A DNA stretch of 58,620 nucleotides, the filler included, from Barthelona sp. PAP020 (lineage: Eukaryota): the NCBI GenBank assembly GCA_040182905.1. It is 5 parts of 5 records of this genome, joined end to end, with 100 filler letters (N's around TTAATTAATTAA, not from the genome) between each part and the next. Parts side by side here need not be neighbours in the genome. Positions count along the whole stretch, not along the records: positions 11,784 to 23,450 come from JARQWU010000365.1; positions 23,551 to 35,160 come from JARQWU010000366.1; 3 more parts are not named here. The stretch is one strand, 5' to 3'. The notes beneath the pieces were generated by a model. The model was not told the origin of the DNA. It did no database searches and worked only from the letters and a program-made list of their open reading frames with translations. The position numbers and the translations under genes were made by a program. Shown here piece by piece: positions 13,868 through 26,681 of this stretch (position 1 is its first letter; each line of letters opens with the position of its first letter).

Positions 13868-14749
13868 ATGGATGTTGTAATTGATGATTTGAATTTTGAT
13901 ACAGATGTTGATGATTTCGAAGATCTGACAATTGAAGAAGTTTCAATTCCAAATCAACTTTTTTTTACAAATGAAAAGAAGAAAACGCATTCTGTGTCTC
14001 AAAAACAATTTGGAGAAGCAGAAGAAAAGTCCAAAGAAAATGTTTCTTCAGTTTTGTCAATGCCTGAGTTTACCACTCTGAACAAATTTGATTACCGTGG
14101 TGAAGGAACGATTTTTGCCATAGATCCAACAGAAAAAGTGTCACTGGATGAACTGATAAACCATTCGGAAGATTATTTCAATTATGACTTTGATCTGGAT
14201 TCTTGGAAAGAATATTGTGCTATTCTTTTAAAAAAATATGGAAGCAGTGAACAAAAAAATATTTTTTCGGAAATTTCAGCAAATATTCAAAGAAAACAGC
14301 AAAATTTTGAACATAAAAGATTAAATGTAAAGCAAACATCAAGTGAATTTGTACCTGTGGATAGAGAACCAACAAAACATTGGGAAAGAACCGAGCCACA
14401 GAATTTGGACCTGTCTAGGGAAAGAATACATTCTCAACGACAGATAGATACCAAACCTTCGTATAAAGATAACTATACTCATTCACAACAACGTGATAGT
14501 CATCGAGATAATTCAGCATCCAGAGACAAAGAAAGACATATGAGAAGAGATCATCAAGACAGAAGTAGAGATAGAGATTATCAAGATAGAGATAAAGAGA
14601 GAGGCTATAGGGATTTGAGAGATAATCGTGATTGGGATCGTGATTATAGAGAGCCAAGAGATTCATGGGATAAGGAATTCAGAGAAAGAGATTCCCGGGA
14701 GCATGATAGAGATAATTCAGGCCGACGTTTTTCAAGTAGAAGAAGGTAG
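13868..14749 (+). CDS. FIP1: Fip1-like pre-mRNA 3'-end processing factor
   Basis: Fip1 motif-like EDYFNYDFDLDSWKEYC, acidic N-terminus, RD/RE-rich C-terminus. Confidence 0.75.
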   Translation: MDVVIDDLNFDTDVDDFEDLTIEEVSIPNQLFFTNEKKKTHSVSQKQFGEAEEKSKENVSSVLSMPEFTTLNKFDYRGEGTIFAIDPTEKVSLDELINHSEDYFNYDFDLDSWKEYCAILLKKYGSSEQKNIFSEISANIQRKQQNFEHKRLNVKQTSSEFVPVDREPTKHWERTEPQNLDLSRERIHSQRQIDTKPSYKDNYTHSQQRDSHRDNSASRDKERHMRRDHQDRSRDRDYQDRDKERGYRDLRDNRDWDRDYREPRDSWDKEFRERDSREHDRDNSGRRFSSRRR

Positions 14750-14814
14750 TTGAGAGTAAATGCATTTTTGAAGAAATTTCTTTTTTTTTTTTTTACTTTT
14801 TCGAAAGGGAATTG

Positions 14815-15342
14815 ATGAAAAAACCCAAAATTAAACATTCAACAACTAATGTTAAAAAAGTTGTTAAAAAATTGGACCACAAACGGAATGAGAATTTAAA
14901 GAAGGAACCAATTATTGAAAAAGAACATAAGAAATCTTCAAAAAAAAACCCTAACAAAGTTACAGAAGGCAATTTGAACAATTTAAATGCTATTGATATT
15001 AAAACTATTGATGAAAATGACTTAATTGATGATATTTTTGGTAATGCAAAACTGAAAACAAAACTACCTCCTATTCCAATTAATCCCAATAAAACAAATG
15101 ACAAAACAAAATTTGTTCAGAAAAAAGGAGACATTCTAAATTCTCAACCCGAAGAAATGTCTTTAAATGAAAATGGAACAAAAAAAGGACGACTTTTTGA
15201 TCCTTCTAAAGATTACTTTGGTGTTCTAAAACCTGTTGGCTATACTTCAGATGGTCTTCCGATCTATACACCAAAGCAATTGCGACTTGGTCAGGGTGGA
15301 AATACAGATCTTTGCCCCTTTGACTGTGATTGCTGTTTTTAA
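14815..15342 (+). CDS. DUF1764 family protein
   Basis: Lys-rich N-terminus and the diagnostic C-terminus TSDGLPIYTPKQLRLGQGGNTDLCPFDCDCCF. Confidence 0.85.
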   Translation: MKKPKIKHSTTNVKKVVKKLDHKRNENLKKEPIIEKEHKKSSKKNPNKVTEGNLNNLNAIDIKTIDENDLIDDIFGNAKLKTKLPPIPINPNKTNDKTKFVQKKGDILNSQPEEMSLNENGTKKGRLFDPSKDYFGVLKPVGYTSDGLPIYTPKQLRLGQGGNTDLCPFDCDCCF

Positions 15343-15697
15343 TATATTTTATAAATATATACTCTAGTCTTTTAAATTTCAACCAAGAAGACATTTTTTT
15401 TGTTTTTCAACATTTTTTTGGTGATTTTGATGTACAATAGTCAATAAATAGATGGATTTTGATAAGAAATGGTCAAAAAACACAGCAAATTCTTTTAATA
15501 AGGTGTTTCAAAAATTCAAAATAAAATTGAAATCTATTTGAAGTTAAAACACATGTTTTTATTATTATCAACTAATTAATATTCTATATTATTGAATAAA
15601 CAATGATAGATGTTGCCTATTTTGAAAAAAGAAATCTTGAAAGGAAAAAATCCGCCATTCACAAAATCACAATTTGAAGGATCTTTTTATAATTAAG

Positions 15698-17881
15698 ATG
15701 TTTAAATTGTCACAAATAACAGTTATATGTATAATAATTATCTTTAAAAATGTAATCAGTCAAAACATATGTGATGAAACTTATTTAACAAAGTCTGTAT
15801 TTGTTGAATCAATGAATTCACAGTTATCAGTACAAAAAGAGACCTGTCTCTTTGCAAATAACGAATATACAGTTGAATTTGAAAATATCAATGTTCAAAT
15901 TGAAAAATCTTATTCAGTTTTAGCAATACCAGTTGATAAAAAAGAAATCGTTGATTTTATGAAGGAATATAAGTCTTTGATACAGCCTGAAGCAGTCATG
16001 GAAAATTTCACCATCCCTCAACTCGTTAATTTATGTTCTCAAAAGAGTTGTATTTTTGAAGAAGACAATTCAGTCACAGTTTGGGATTCTGAAAATATTT
16101 ATTATCATGGAAAATCCATTGGTAATCAGTATTCACTCTCAAATATCTATTCTTTGGGTATTTTGTGTGATGATGACAATGTGAAAATGTATCATTTTGT
16201 CAGGTCCATCGAAAAAATCCAATCTTTTGAGTTTTTGGAGAATGAACAAGCGTACATTAATCATTCAACATCTTATAAAGTCTTTCAGGGAAACTCTCTT
16301 TTGGTTGAAGAATCTATTAATAATACTGATGCAACAAATTTACCTAGAAGAACATATAGCACCAATGATATTTGGCTTTATAGAGAAGCTCTAAAAGATG
16401 ATATTATTGTTGATGCATCAACACTCAATTCAGAAATAAATTCTTTCAATGTGAATCACAAAAACTTTTTTGAAAGAGGTTGCTTTTCAGTTCTAAACAC
16501 TGGGATATTAACCCCTGAAATTCTGACCAAAAAAACAAATGTATCAAGTTGGTTAGAGCAATCTTTTGACATTGAAAGCAAAACCCATAACAACACACAT
16601 ATTTTAGTCAAAATTATTCCTTTTCCTTCATATTTATATTTAAATGTTCCTTTGGCGAATGGAAACATTCATCAACCGTACATAGATCTGGTTGACGTGG
16701 ACACAAGTTGCTCCTCGCTGGGAACATCAATAACTTTCAATGTGACGATCCAAAATTTTGGTTTATTAGAAGCTTCTGTTGAGCTTTCGTTGCATTTTGA
16801 ACTTGAGGAAGAAATAACTATCTGTAAAATAGATTCTTCTTCCATAGCACATTGCTTAATCTCTTTAGATCTGGCTCAATCAGCTGTTTCTGAAACAATA
16901 ATTCAATACAATATCCAAGCAACGGTTATAAACCATTTTCAATTGTTCAATAATGAAAGCAAAGAATTTATATATGAAAATCAAACCAGTTTAAGTTATG
17001 GATTATGTAAATCTCCTTGTTTAATTTATACACAACCAACAATTGATGTGACTGAAGAACAAATGACAGAAGCAGTTGTTGATTCTTCAGTTTCTCAATC
17101 AAAAATAGATTTCTTAACTCAAATTCACGTTACAACAACAGTTCCAATAGTTTTACTGTATACTTTAACATGTAGTTCTGATATTCAAACTGATTCATTA
17201 TATTTCAGGAACTACCTGCAACTTTATCAATCAGATATCGCTAGTTTTGAATCAGAAGGTTCAATTACCAGAGATTATTTGAAAAAAAAACTGACATGTG
17301 TTGCAAAGATTTCTATTGAGCAGAATCCCATATTTTGTAATTCTGGTGTTGGGATGGAAAGTTCATTTTCTGTCGAAATTACTGCCCAATCAGAAGTTAT
17401 AAAGACAAATAACACTATTTTGCCCATATTAACCACTGTGACAACAGGTTATCAATTTGAATTATTGATTCCATCTATTCTGTTTTCTATTTCATTATTA
17501 TTGTTAATTTCAATTTTTACAATTACAAAAACAAAAGATATTAAACAAAATACTGGTTCAAATTTTAAAACATTAGTAAAATTGAAAGAATTTGAATTTT
17601 TCGATGTAAAGTCTCATAAATTGATTCCTTTCGATAACTTAAACACAATTTGGCTGTTCGGAATTGCTGAAACAAGAAGAAAAGAATTCTTCCACATAAA
17701 AAGAATGAACAAATATAAGGATAGCTTTATAGCAATATCAGATGAAGGGTACAGCATTCTATTGGAAAAACCTACGGATAGATATTCAAAAATCTGGAAA
17801 AAATTTAAACTGAAAAAAAATTCAAATGATAACTCAATATTTCAATTGGACCAGGTTAAAAAAGTTCTTTTTGACCCCTGA
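15698..17881 (+). CDS. Type I membrane protein (727 aa), candidate fusexin/class II fusogen-like ectodomain plus extra Ig-like domain
   Basis: Signal peptide MFKLSQITVICIIIIFKNVIS, beta-rich ectodomain, TM LLIPSILFSISLLLLISIFTI, ~115-aa cytoplasmic tail. Shares motifs with the downstream gene. The CDS is solid; the fusexin call is inference. Confidence 0.8.
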   Translation: MFKLSQITVICIIIIFKNVISQNICDETYLTKSVFVESMNSQLSVQKETCLFANNEYTVEFENINVQIEKSYSVLAIPVDKKEIVDFMKEYKSLIQPEAVMENFTIPQLVNLCSQKSCIFEEDNSVTVWDSENIYYHGKSIGNQYSLSNIYSLGILCDDDNVKMYHFVRSIEKIQSFEFLENEQAYINHSTSYKVFQGNSLLVEESINNTDATNLPRRTYSTNDIWLYREALKDDIIVDASTLNSEINSFNVNHKNFFERGCFSVLNTGILTPEILTKKTNVSSWLEQSFDIESKTHNNTHILVKIIPFPSYLYLNVPLANGNIHQPYIDLVDVDTSCSSLGTSITFNVTIQNFGLLEASVELSLHFELEEEITICKIDSSSIAHCLISLDLAQSAVSETIIQYNIQATVINHFQLFNNESKEFIYENQTSLSYGLCKSPCLIYTQPTIDVTEEQMTEAVVDSSVSQSKIDFLTQIHVTTTVPIVLLYTLTCSSDIQTDSLYFRNYLQLYQSDIASFESEGSITRDYLKKKLTCVAKISIEQNPIFCNSGVGMESSFSVEITAQSEVIKTNNTILPILTTVTTGYQFELLIPSILFSISLLLLISIFTITKTKDIKQNTGSNFKTLVKLKEFEFFDVKSHKLIPFDNLNTIWLFGIAETRRKEFFHIKRMNKYKDSFIAISDEGYSILLEKPTDRYSKIWKKFKLKKNSNDNSIFQLDQVKKVLFDP

Positions 17882-18028
17882 CATTCATAAAAGTACTGTT
17901 TTTATTGTTATTTAAATAAATGCTTTTTTGGTGCCAGTTTTTTTTTTGGCACCCTTAAATTTAAAATGGGTTAGTTTCATCATATAAGTTTTTTTTTTTT
18001 GAAAAATTAAAACAGTCAATTTAAGAAA

Positions 18029-21000
18029 ATGAAAATATATCAGTTTATTCAGTTTGTTCTGTTGATATTCAGTTTATGTCTCAATGCTTTGGTCATTGAA
18101 ATACAATACCCATCATTTGGATCAGTTATTCAGTCTAATTTAAATCCTTTAGAGTTGAAATTTGTGGTTCATTCTTTTCAAAATGAAACTCTTTCAAATT
18201 TAATTCCCCAATTTGTAATTTTGTTAAACTTTTCTTAAACTAACAACATAGACTATTCAGTGCAATAATGATCAAAGTATAATTACAACAACAACAGATC
18301 ACGGTAGTTATTGGAATATAACAACTGCTAGTCCAATTACAAATGATTTTTGTTGTTTTTATAATCCTTTAATTCCCCATATAGAGTATTTATCCACCGT
18401 TCCGCAAGGTCGATTGCACTGTTGGACTCATGATAACGTTTTTCCGGAAGAATATAAAATTCCAGTTTTGCAGAATGTTTCTGAAATGTCAACAAAAGGA
18501 TCAGTTGAAACACCAGCAAGTAGAACGACTGAAAAATCCCAAGTACTGAAAATAAAATCCTTCACTTCGACTGAAACTGTCCTGACACTGGAAACTAAAG
18601 GATTAGGAACATTTACTGATACAATAAGTTCTTTAAAATTTGAAGAACAAACTTATGATCTAAAAGAATCAATTTCTTTTGATATTACTTTATCTCAAAG
18701 AAATTTTCTGCTTGGTCAACAGTTTTTCAAATTGCATTACACAACTGAAATTATTTCGGAAGAAACCAACAAAATTGATTTGGAAACATCTCTAGTCAAT
18801 TCAAAAACAACTGTAAAATATAAATATGTACCTTCAGAATGGAAAAATGCTGAGTTTTGGGATGTTTGCTATTGGTGTGATCAAAAAAATGTTTTGATAT
18901 TGGATGATGCTCCTTGGCAAATTGCTGATTGTGATTTTGTTTTTGCAAATAAATATAATGATAATAATGAACCAATAAATACCACAAAAACTGTTAAATA
19001 TTCAACATTGGGTGATTTACATATTCGAGCAAATGCAGAAATCGCTGTGTTGGCGTTTATTCCAAAAGAAATAGAATGTACTTCCAATAGTTATCGCAAT
19101 TTGAATTCCACCACAAACACTTATCATGTGCTTGCAGCAATGCCCACAGAAGAAACAATATCGTTTCCAAGCCCAAAAGTGAACACACAAAAAATGTTAA
19201 TCAACTCTTTTTCGACAAATGGCGTTACTCAAACCAATGCACAAACTACCCTTTATAATACAACAATAACAATGGGAGAATACAAAATAAAACAAAATTA
19301 TGCCGATGAATGGATTGATCTTCTCTTTAATGAAACTTATATAGTTGATCATTATACTGGGAATGATCCCAGAATTGTAAGAATCCAACAAAATATAAAT
19401 CCAAAAATCCCAAGCATGTTCAATCAAATGATCGGCAATGTGGATAATTTTTGTTCACAAAAAATAGGTGAATATGATCATTCAGAATTTGTTGAAATGA
19501 TTAGAGCTTCACCAGACTACAAAAAATTCTGGGGAAAAAGTTCCATTTTTCCAGAAAATTTTCTCAGTGTAAATCCGACAAATGGAGCATCTTTGTATAA
19601 TCCTTTAACAGCAGATTTTAGTATGATAACTATTTTAGAGCCAACTACAACCATTGATATTCAAATTCCACCCTTGCAATTGAAGGAACCCCTTTGTAAT
19701 ATAAAATCTCAAAGTTATGTTAATGGTACAACAGCCTTCAATTCTTCTTCAGCTGATCGTAACATTCAATGGACAATTATTATTGAAAATCAAGGAACAA
19801 TTGACGCATCTTTGGAATTAAATTTCTTTGATTCAAATTATACAACCTCGATGCCTTTCGATATGGAATATCCATCCATTGTAAATGTATCTGCATCGAC
19901 AGAAACCACAATTTTAATAAATTTAGGCTCATTGACAAATTATACAGGTGATCTAACAATGATATTTAGTCTAAAATTAAAGAAAAAACCACTGTGGACA
20001 ACATTTAATGAGCAAATACAACAAATTTTTCATTTAGAAAATGGCTATACAGTATCATTCTGTGATGCCCAAATTAATCAAATTCCTGATTATAATGTAT
20101 CCTACAATTCGACAATTATGGATAATAATTCATCAAAGATAGATGTGTTGTTTAATGTCAGCTTGACTCATGCATATCATGAAATACAAGCAAACATGAC
20201 TTGCAATATAACGGTGCCACACAGAATTGATTCTCAACTGTTGTACGGAACAATCAGTAATTATATGTTAAACGTGACATTTTTGGACAGTCCAGAACAA
20301 ATTCCGATTCATTGCAATGTAACATTTATACCCCATCCAAATGATTGTTATAATGCTTCAACATTTGTAAAACAATTGAATTTCTCCATGAGGACTCCAC
20401 CTTGTCACAATCCATCTGAAATATATATTATACCTCATTCAATTACTGATTTGAATAATTCAATTCTTGACCAAAATCCTTTCTTATTACAATGGCAAAA
20501 TATAGATTCGATTTGTGATGATGATTATTGCTACCAGAAACACGTATTTGATTACAAAATTCAAAATTATGGAAACATGTCTGGAAATGTGCAACATACC
20601 TTGATATGTGATGGAATTACCATTTCAACTGAAATAAGCACTATATGCGATGATTGTCAACAATCATATCAAAAGAATTCCACTTTAAAAAGTTTGACAA
20701 CACATCAATGTCAATTGCATGTTTTTGTTAATAGAACTATGTGTCAATCAATAAAAGGCAAGGAATACACAACATATTTTGAAATCATTCCTCAATGCCC
20801 ATCGAATGTAAGCATAACAAATTTTATTGAATCCAACATTGATGGCTTGATCAACACAGTAACTTTGAATGAAAAAGATTTGTATTGGTTTTGGAAAATT
20901 CCAATATTTAAATCAGGCACAAACATTCAAAGAGAAATGACAATGAACACAACCTTTGTTGTCGAAAGTCAAAAACAAACAGTGATTGAAACGATGACCA

Positions 21001-22847
21001 TTTATGATTCTTCTCCACAATATGTCAGTAAAATAGTACCTTTCAATCAATTGATTGAACATGCACATAAAGAAATGTGTGTACACCTTGATCTTTCTTT
21101 AAATGTGAGTCCTTGTCAAACAGGTTTACAACAATACACTTTGAAAAAGTGTATCAAACTAAACTCAACAGAAATGACAGAACACTTTGGAAACAAGCTG
21201 TATAGAACACATACACCTGAAGTAAGTTATCAATTCAATCAAACTATATCTGAGCTAACTGTGATTCATAATGAATCGAAGGTTTGTTATTGTGTTTACC
21301 CCAACCAATGCAATTCTATTGAAGCAACTTGTTCGTTTTCTAATTTTACAATCCAAACATCATGTTTACAGGATTTTCCTGCATGCAATCTGAATTTCAA
21401 CTCAACTGTCTATGATTTATATGGTTTTGCATACATATTGAACAAAACTTTGGAGTTAAGAAATTCATCATACATTCCAATTGTTCCTGACCCAACACAA
21501 ACCTATGCAGACAGGATTATAATACCAAAATTAGAAATCGAAGACATAAATGAAGCTTTTACCTTCATTTGTCATGATACAACCAATTCAATGTTCACAC
21601 TCCCTTTGACTCTTGAAATCAGCAAAAATTTGTCTTGTGTATTAAATTTCAATTCTGAAAAAGTGACAGAATTATTATTGAACTATACAATTTTACCTTC
21701 TCCTTCACTTGCCAACATTGAACCTTCAGGAACTGTAAATGATACGTTATTAATTCAATATGGAGAGTTCTTTATAAGTTTGAATAATTCAGAAAACTAT
21801 TTTAAAGTTCTAAACGTTTTTGAACTAAAAAACACCAATGATTTTATAATAACCAATATTGTAACATATAAATTCAACGATTCAAAACATTATCCCACAA
21901 TTGTTTCCAGAACATACATTATGTTGCCAAAGTGTAAACAACCCGAACTACTGATTGAAACATATGACTATTGGTCAATTATAAAAGGTAATTGTGAATA
22001 TACCGACCAAATATTAATGTATTTAGATAATAATCTAATTTTAGGAAATTCAAAAATATTAAATGAGGGAAATATCACAGCAATATGTCAATACAAAGAA
22101 AATATTTGTTCAACAAGTTCTACCAAAGAAATTCACACATCTGAACCAATTTCTTTAATACCATTTGAATATTCGTTTTGTGACGTAAAAAACGTCACTT
22201 TCAATGAAACATTTTGTTTAACTATAAAATCGGATATTGCAGATGCCTCCAACTTTAATGTAAAGTTAAAAATTGGTGATGATATTTTTATAAATAACAA
22301 TTGCTACAACCCTTTAGAATTAGGAAAACTTAAGGTCACACCAATAATTTATTATCAAGAACAAATCAAAGAAATGGAGGAATTAACAATAACAGTTCAA
22401 AGTCCTCCACCAAATATTACAATTTATCCTCCTTGTGGTAGCACATTGTCAAGTTCACAAAAAATTAAAATTCTATCAACATTGCCTCATGAAATAACAA
22501 TAAAAAATGACACATTTTCACAAAATATTAACCCATCAGAAGACATCCAAATTCTAGAGTCTGTTACTTACGAAATATTCACAAATCACATATATTACTA
22601 TTATAATAAATCACAAATTTGTCAATATTCAGCATTAAATATTGCAAATGAAGTTTTAATTCCAATAACTTTAATACTAATATTAATATCTGTAAGTTTT
22701 TGTTTGATTTTTGTAGTATTTCCAAACCTTTGTAATTTTTTAATAAAAAACAAACAAAATGAGCATTTCAATAAATTCATTGATTCAGATATGCAAACTG
22801 CCTTATTTCGTAACAGGTCAGATTCATCAGATCTTGAAATATTCTGA
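18029..22847 (+). CDS. Spliced type I membrane glycoprotein (exons 18029-18214 and 18252-22847, 1593 aa), paralog of the upstream gene, candidate fusexin-like domain plus multiple Ig-like domains
   Basis: The signal-peptide ORF at 18029 joins in frame to the 1477-aa ORF after removing a 37-nt GT-AG intron. Many NxS/T sites; C-terminal TM VLIPITLILILISVSFCLIFVVF. Confidence 0.85.
18215..18251 (+). other. 37-nt spliceosomal intron (phase 0)
   Basis: GTAATT...ACTAACAACATAG. Removal deletes the in-frame stop and fuses the signal peptide exon to the main ORF (18252 is in frame with 18414). Confidence 0.88.
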
Positions 22848-23450
22848 TTGCTCAATTTTTTTGAAAAACGTAACTTTCTATAAATCCAATCTTGAAATTT
22901 TTTTTTTTCAATTTGACTGATAATTTTTTTCTTTGTCTGTCATCTTTGGAAGTTTTGAGAATATTGATACGATTTGTTTTTGTTTGTATTTTTCTTTGAT
23001 GTCAAAACAACAAAACCTTCTATTTTGTTCATATGTTGGTTTACTCTTTTAATAATGTAGATTCCTTGTTTGTTTGAACTTTTGATATGAATATTCTATT
23101 AAAATCTAATTTCCAAAAGGATTTTCCTTCATTTGCATTCAGTGTTTGACACTTTGTGAAAGTACCTGATGTTTTTCAGGTACCATGAGAAAAAAACTTT
23201 GTGTTGATACTTTATCCAGGTGGACTATTGAAGTATTTGCTCCATCTTCTTTTTGATTTCTTTCTCCCTGAAGAATAAGTTTAATTTTATCCCGTTGAAT
23301 GCAACTGAGCACACAGAATTTTGTTCAAATGCCACATACTGACCTTTTGCATTCCATGTGGCGAGTGTTTTGGTAAATCCATAATTTTTTTATTTTGCTG
23401 TTTGTAGAGATTGCAGGAATGTTGCTGTGTGAAAATTTGAAGTGAAGGGG

Positions 23451-23550
23451 NNNNNNNNNNNNNNNNNNNNNNNNNNNNNNNNNNNNNNNNNNNNTTAATT
23501 AATTAANNNNNNNNNNNNNNNNNNNNNNNNNNNNNNNNNNNNNNNNNNNN
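23451..23550. other. Artificial contig-joining spacer
   Basis: N44-TTAATTAATTAA-N44. Confidence 0.98.
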
Positions 23551-24546
23551 ACATACTTCCGTACAAGTATTGAAACCTGTACGAGTTGGATATGTTCAGA
23601 TGTTGAAAATTTCGCTGTACCAGCTCAAAAGTTCACTCGACAAAATAATAAACATTTAATAAAAGCTTTTACTGTTCAAGGTTGGGGTTTGGCTTACTTG
23701 TAATTCCTTGCTAACCTACTATGTACACTTCTATCCTTCTTTTCATGAATCATTTAATTTTGTTGATGTCTTTCACCAATTTTTAATTCTGTCAATATCA
23801 AGATAAACCATAAAATGCACTTATATTGTTTCTTGTGTAAAACCTATTCACCTTCCTGGGATAACTTCTCCTGCCCCTGATTTACTTTAACTATTCACAT
23901 CTATATATTCTCTATCAAAAAATTTGATGTACTTCTTTGACCTATTATATTGACATACATTGCAAATCCATCAAGGTTTTGATGTAGATTATAACTTGAG
24001 CTTCACAGTCTTTGAACAAACTAATATCTGAAATTTCAAAAAGAAAACCTTATAATATTTACTTTGTCCCTTTCATCTTTTATATTGTTAAAAAAAAAAA
24101 AAAAAATCATCTCGTATTTGGGAAAGAAGTTCTAATTCATAATTTAATTCAATTTGAACACATTGAGCGTAATAGAAATTAATTCAAATAAAAAAATTGT
24201 TCAATTAAAAAAGAGCGTTTGTGAATCCACCAGACAATTTTCCTTGTTCCATAGATGAAATTTTATTTCATAAGTGGTGGGATAACCCTCGCAGAATCTA
24301 ATATTTTTGCTGAATTTAAACTTCAAAAAAATGGTTAAGAGTGTGTTTTGGTACTGTTTCAGAGTATTCATCATCGATCAAAAAACTGATTCTCTCTTCT
24401 TTCTTCAATTTCATTTTTGAGACTGCTTGGTAATAAACTTCCTTTTTCTACAAACATTATTTTATTCCTTATTCAACCTATCAACTTTGAAACAAAAAAA
24501 AAAAAGAAAGAGAAAAAAAATATTTATCACAACAAAATAACGATTT

Positions 24547-25758
24547 TTAATTGTCATCATCACTCTCGTCAGTTTCTACATCAACAAATTCACACATGTT
24601 GCCTCCATTAGCCTTATTGATACTGTACAAATCCCAACAAGTATCCACCACCAATTTATATTCCTCAAAATTCATCCAAATACCAGCACTTATTAATTGG
24701 CGAATAAACTGTACTTCAACATTCATAGCAAAAAGTTTTGACAAAATGAAACCATTTTTCTTTGACATTTCAATAAGTTTTGGTTGATTTGAAGAACTAT
24801 AGTCAAATCCAATGGAATAAAATTTTATAGTGCTGTCTTCAAATCTTCCACACGCCAACTGTCTCATATCAGGTGAAATAGCAAAGGAAAAATGACAAGT
24901 TAGAGAACCACAATACACCCTTTGAACTTCTTCAAAAGTATCCACGTTGAATGAAATGATAAAACCATCAGCAGCCATAACAAACAAGATACTTGGAGTT
25001 AAGAAATGAAAATCCCACACGTTACCACCCATTTTAAATGAATGAAGAAGAGACCCATCAACCATGCTCCACAGATTCAAGTTTTTTGACCTATCACTTG
25101 CTAAAACAATTCTTTTCGTTGGATGGAACTCAACAGTTATTATAATAGCTTCATGATTAAATGTATTAACAACGGAGAAGTCATCAACGTCAATCAATTT
25201 GACAGTATGGTCATAACTTCCTGTTAGAATATATTTGCCATCCATTGAAAGTTTTATTTTTCCAATGGAAGCCGAATGAATTTGCTTCTCTGAAACAACA
25301 GCACCACAATTAATATCCCATTTCTTCAAACAATAATTATTATCCACAGAATATATAAAGTTTGAACAAGTAGAAAAACAAATTCCCATGGTTCGGGTAT
25401 CATTTTTCAGTCTACACATCATTGCGAACTGAGGAAGGCAATAAATAATAATAGACTCATCATTTGAACATGTTGCAAACATATGACCATCTTTTGAGAA
25501 CGAAACCCCAAAGACACTGTCTGTATGATCTGTTAAAATGCAACTTGGTTCTCCAGATTTTACATCAATTATGTGCACTTCTTTATAACTGCCGATTGCA
25601 AAATTTTCACCGTTTGGAGAGTATGCACAATCAAACATAAAAAGAGACAGCAGTCCTTCTATTGTTTTTAAAGAATTTTCTTCAATTCTTTGCACAAACA
25701 TCTTTTGAACATCTTTTTCAGTAAATTCATTGTTCTCAACCAATGATAAGTCTAACAT
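24547..25758 (-). CDS. WD40 repeat (beta-propeller) protein
   Basis: Repeats such as HTDSVFGVSFSKDGHMFATCSNDESIIIY, LKKWD, ILTGSYDHTVKLID. First ATG is at 25758. Confidence 0.9.
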   Translation of the reverse strand: MLDLSLVENNEFTEKDVQKMFVQRIEENSLKTIEGLLSLFMFDCAYSPNGENFAIGSYKEVHIIDVKSGEPSCILTDHTDSVFGVSFSKDGHMFATCSNDESIIIYCLPQFAMMCRLKNDTRTMGICFSTCSNFIYSVDNNYCLKKWDINCGAVVSEKQIHSASIGKIKLSMDGKYILTGSYDHTVKLIDVDDFSVVNTFNHEAIIITVEFHPTKRIVLASDRSKNLNLWSMVDGSLLHSFKMGGNVWDFHFLTPSILFVMAADGFIISFNVDTFEEVQRVYCGSLTCHFSFAISPDMRQLACGRFEDSTIKFYSIGFDYSSSNQPKLIEMSKKNGFILSKLFAMNVEVQFIRQLISAGIWMNFEEYKLVVDTCWDLYSINKANGGNMCEFVDVETDESDDDN

Positions 25759-26681
25759 TTTAAAAAACAAAAGCAAACAACATAAATTGTCACGTCTTTC
25801 TGCTATTTTACTTCACCAAATCATTTTTCAATTATTTATACGCAACACATTAAAAATAAACAAAGTAATGTCTCCAATAAAGGAAGTATTTGGAGATTAA
25901 ATCTCCATTATCACAACATTCATTCACACATTTCAAATTTTTAATTTTGATTTCTTCTTTCTGAAAAAAAAAGGGTTACAAATTATCAAACAAAAACTAG
26001 CATAGAAAAACAGTTGACACGCAATCAATGTTGAAGAGGTCAAAATAACCCTTTTGAATGAGATTTCATTCTTTTTTTTTTTTGTTTAATTCATCATAAA
26101 ATTGCAGTTTTGATTTCTTTCAGTCATTTATGAAAAAAATTGAAAAAAGGTATCTATTTCTGCTTAAACCCCATTGCAAAGAATTTTTCTATCAGACAGC
26201 AGCTATTTATTTTTTATTTATTTGCAAAAATCAACATTTTGATAAAAACAGTCTTGAAAAGAAAAATCAAGATTACATTTGTACTCTCTTAAAAGTCTTT
26301 TGCGTCTATTTTTTAATAAAACCCGAATTAAAAGCCATTGAAAAAGCATAGCAAAAAAGAGGAAATCTAAACAATGACAAAAAAAAAAGAAATTATTTAG
26401 TGCACAAATTTAATCAATTCAAATTTACTTGCTTTAAAAAAAGCAGCAATGTTTTTGAAACGACCCAAATTAACAAAGGTTTATGTTGCTCTTCTTTGCA
26501 ACAATTTGCATAATTTTACCTGGAGGATCAACCTTTTCACAATTTAAATCATCATAAAAATCAACAACTAAACCATTTAACCCTTGATATCAATAAATTC
26601 AAATAAAAAAGTTCTTATCTTTATTATCAATTCAGGAAGAAAAATACTCATTTATCTGTTTTAAAAAAGAAAGAAAACAGA

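Noticed and set aside
22860..24400. Stretches near the contig 2/3 ends that look like decayed coding sequence, with isolated hairpins (e.g. GTACCTGA/TCAGGTAC near 23162-23183)
   Set aside because: All frames are interrupted and no family motif is recognisable, so no call is supportable.
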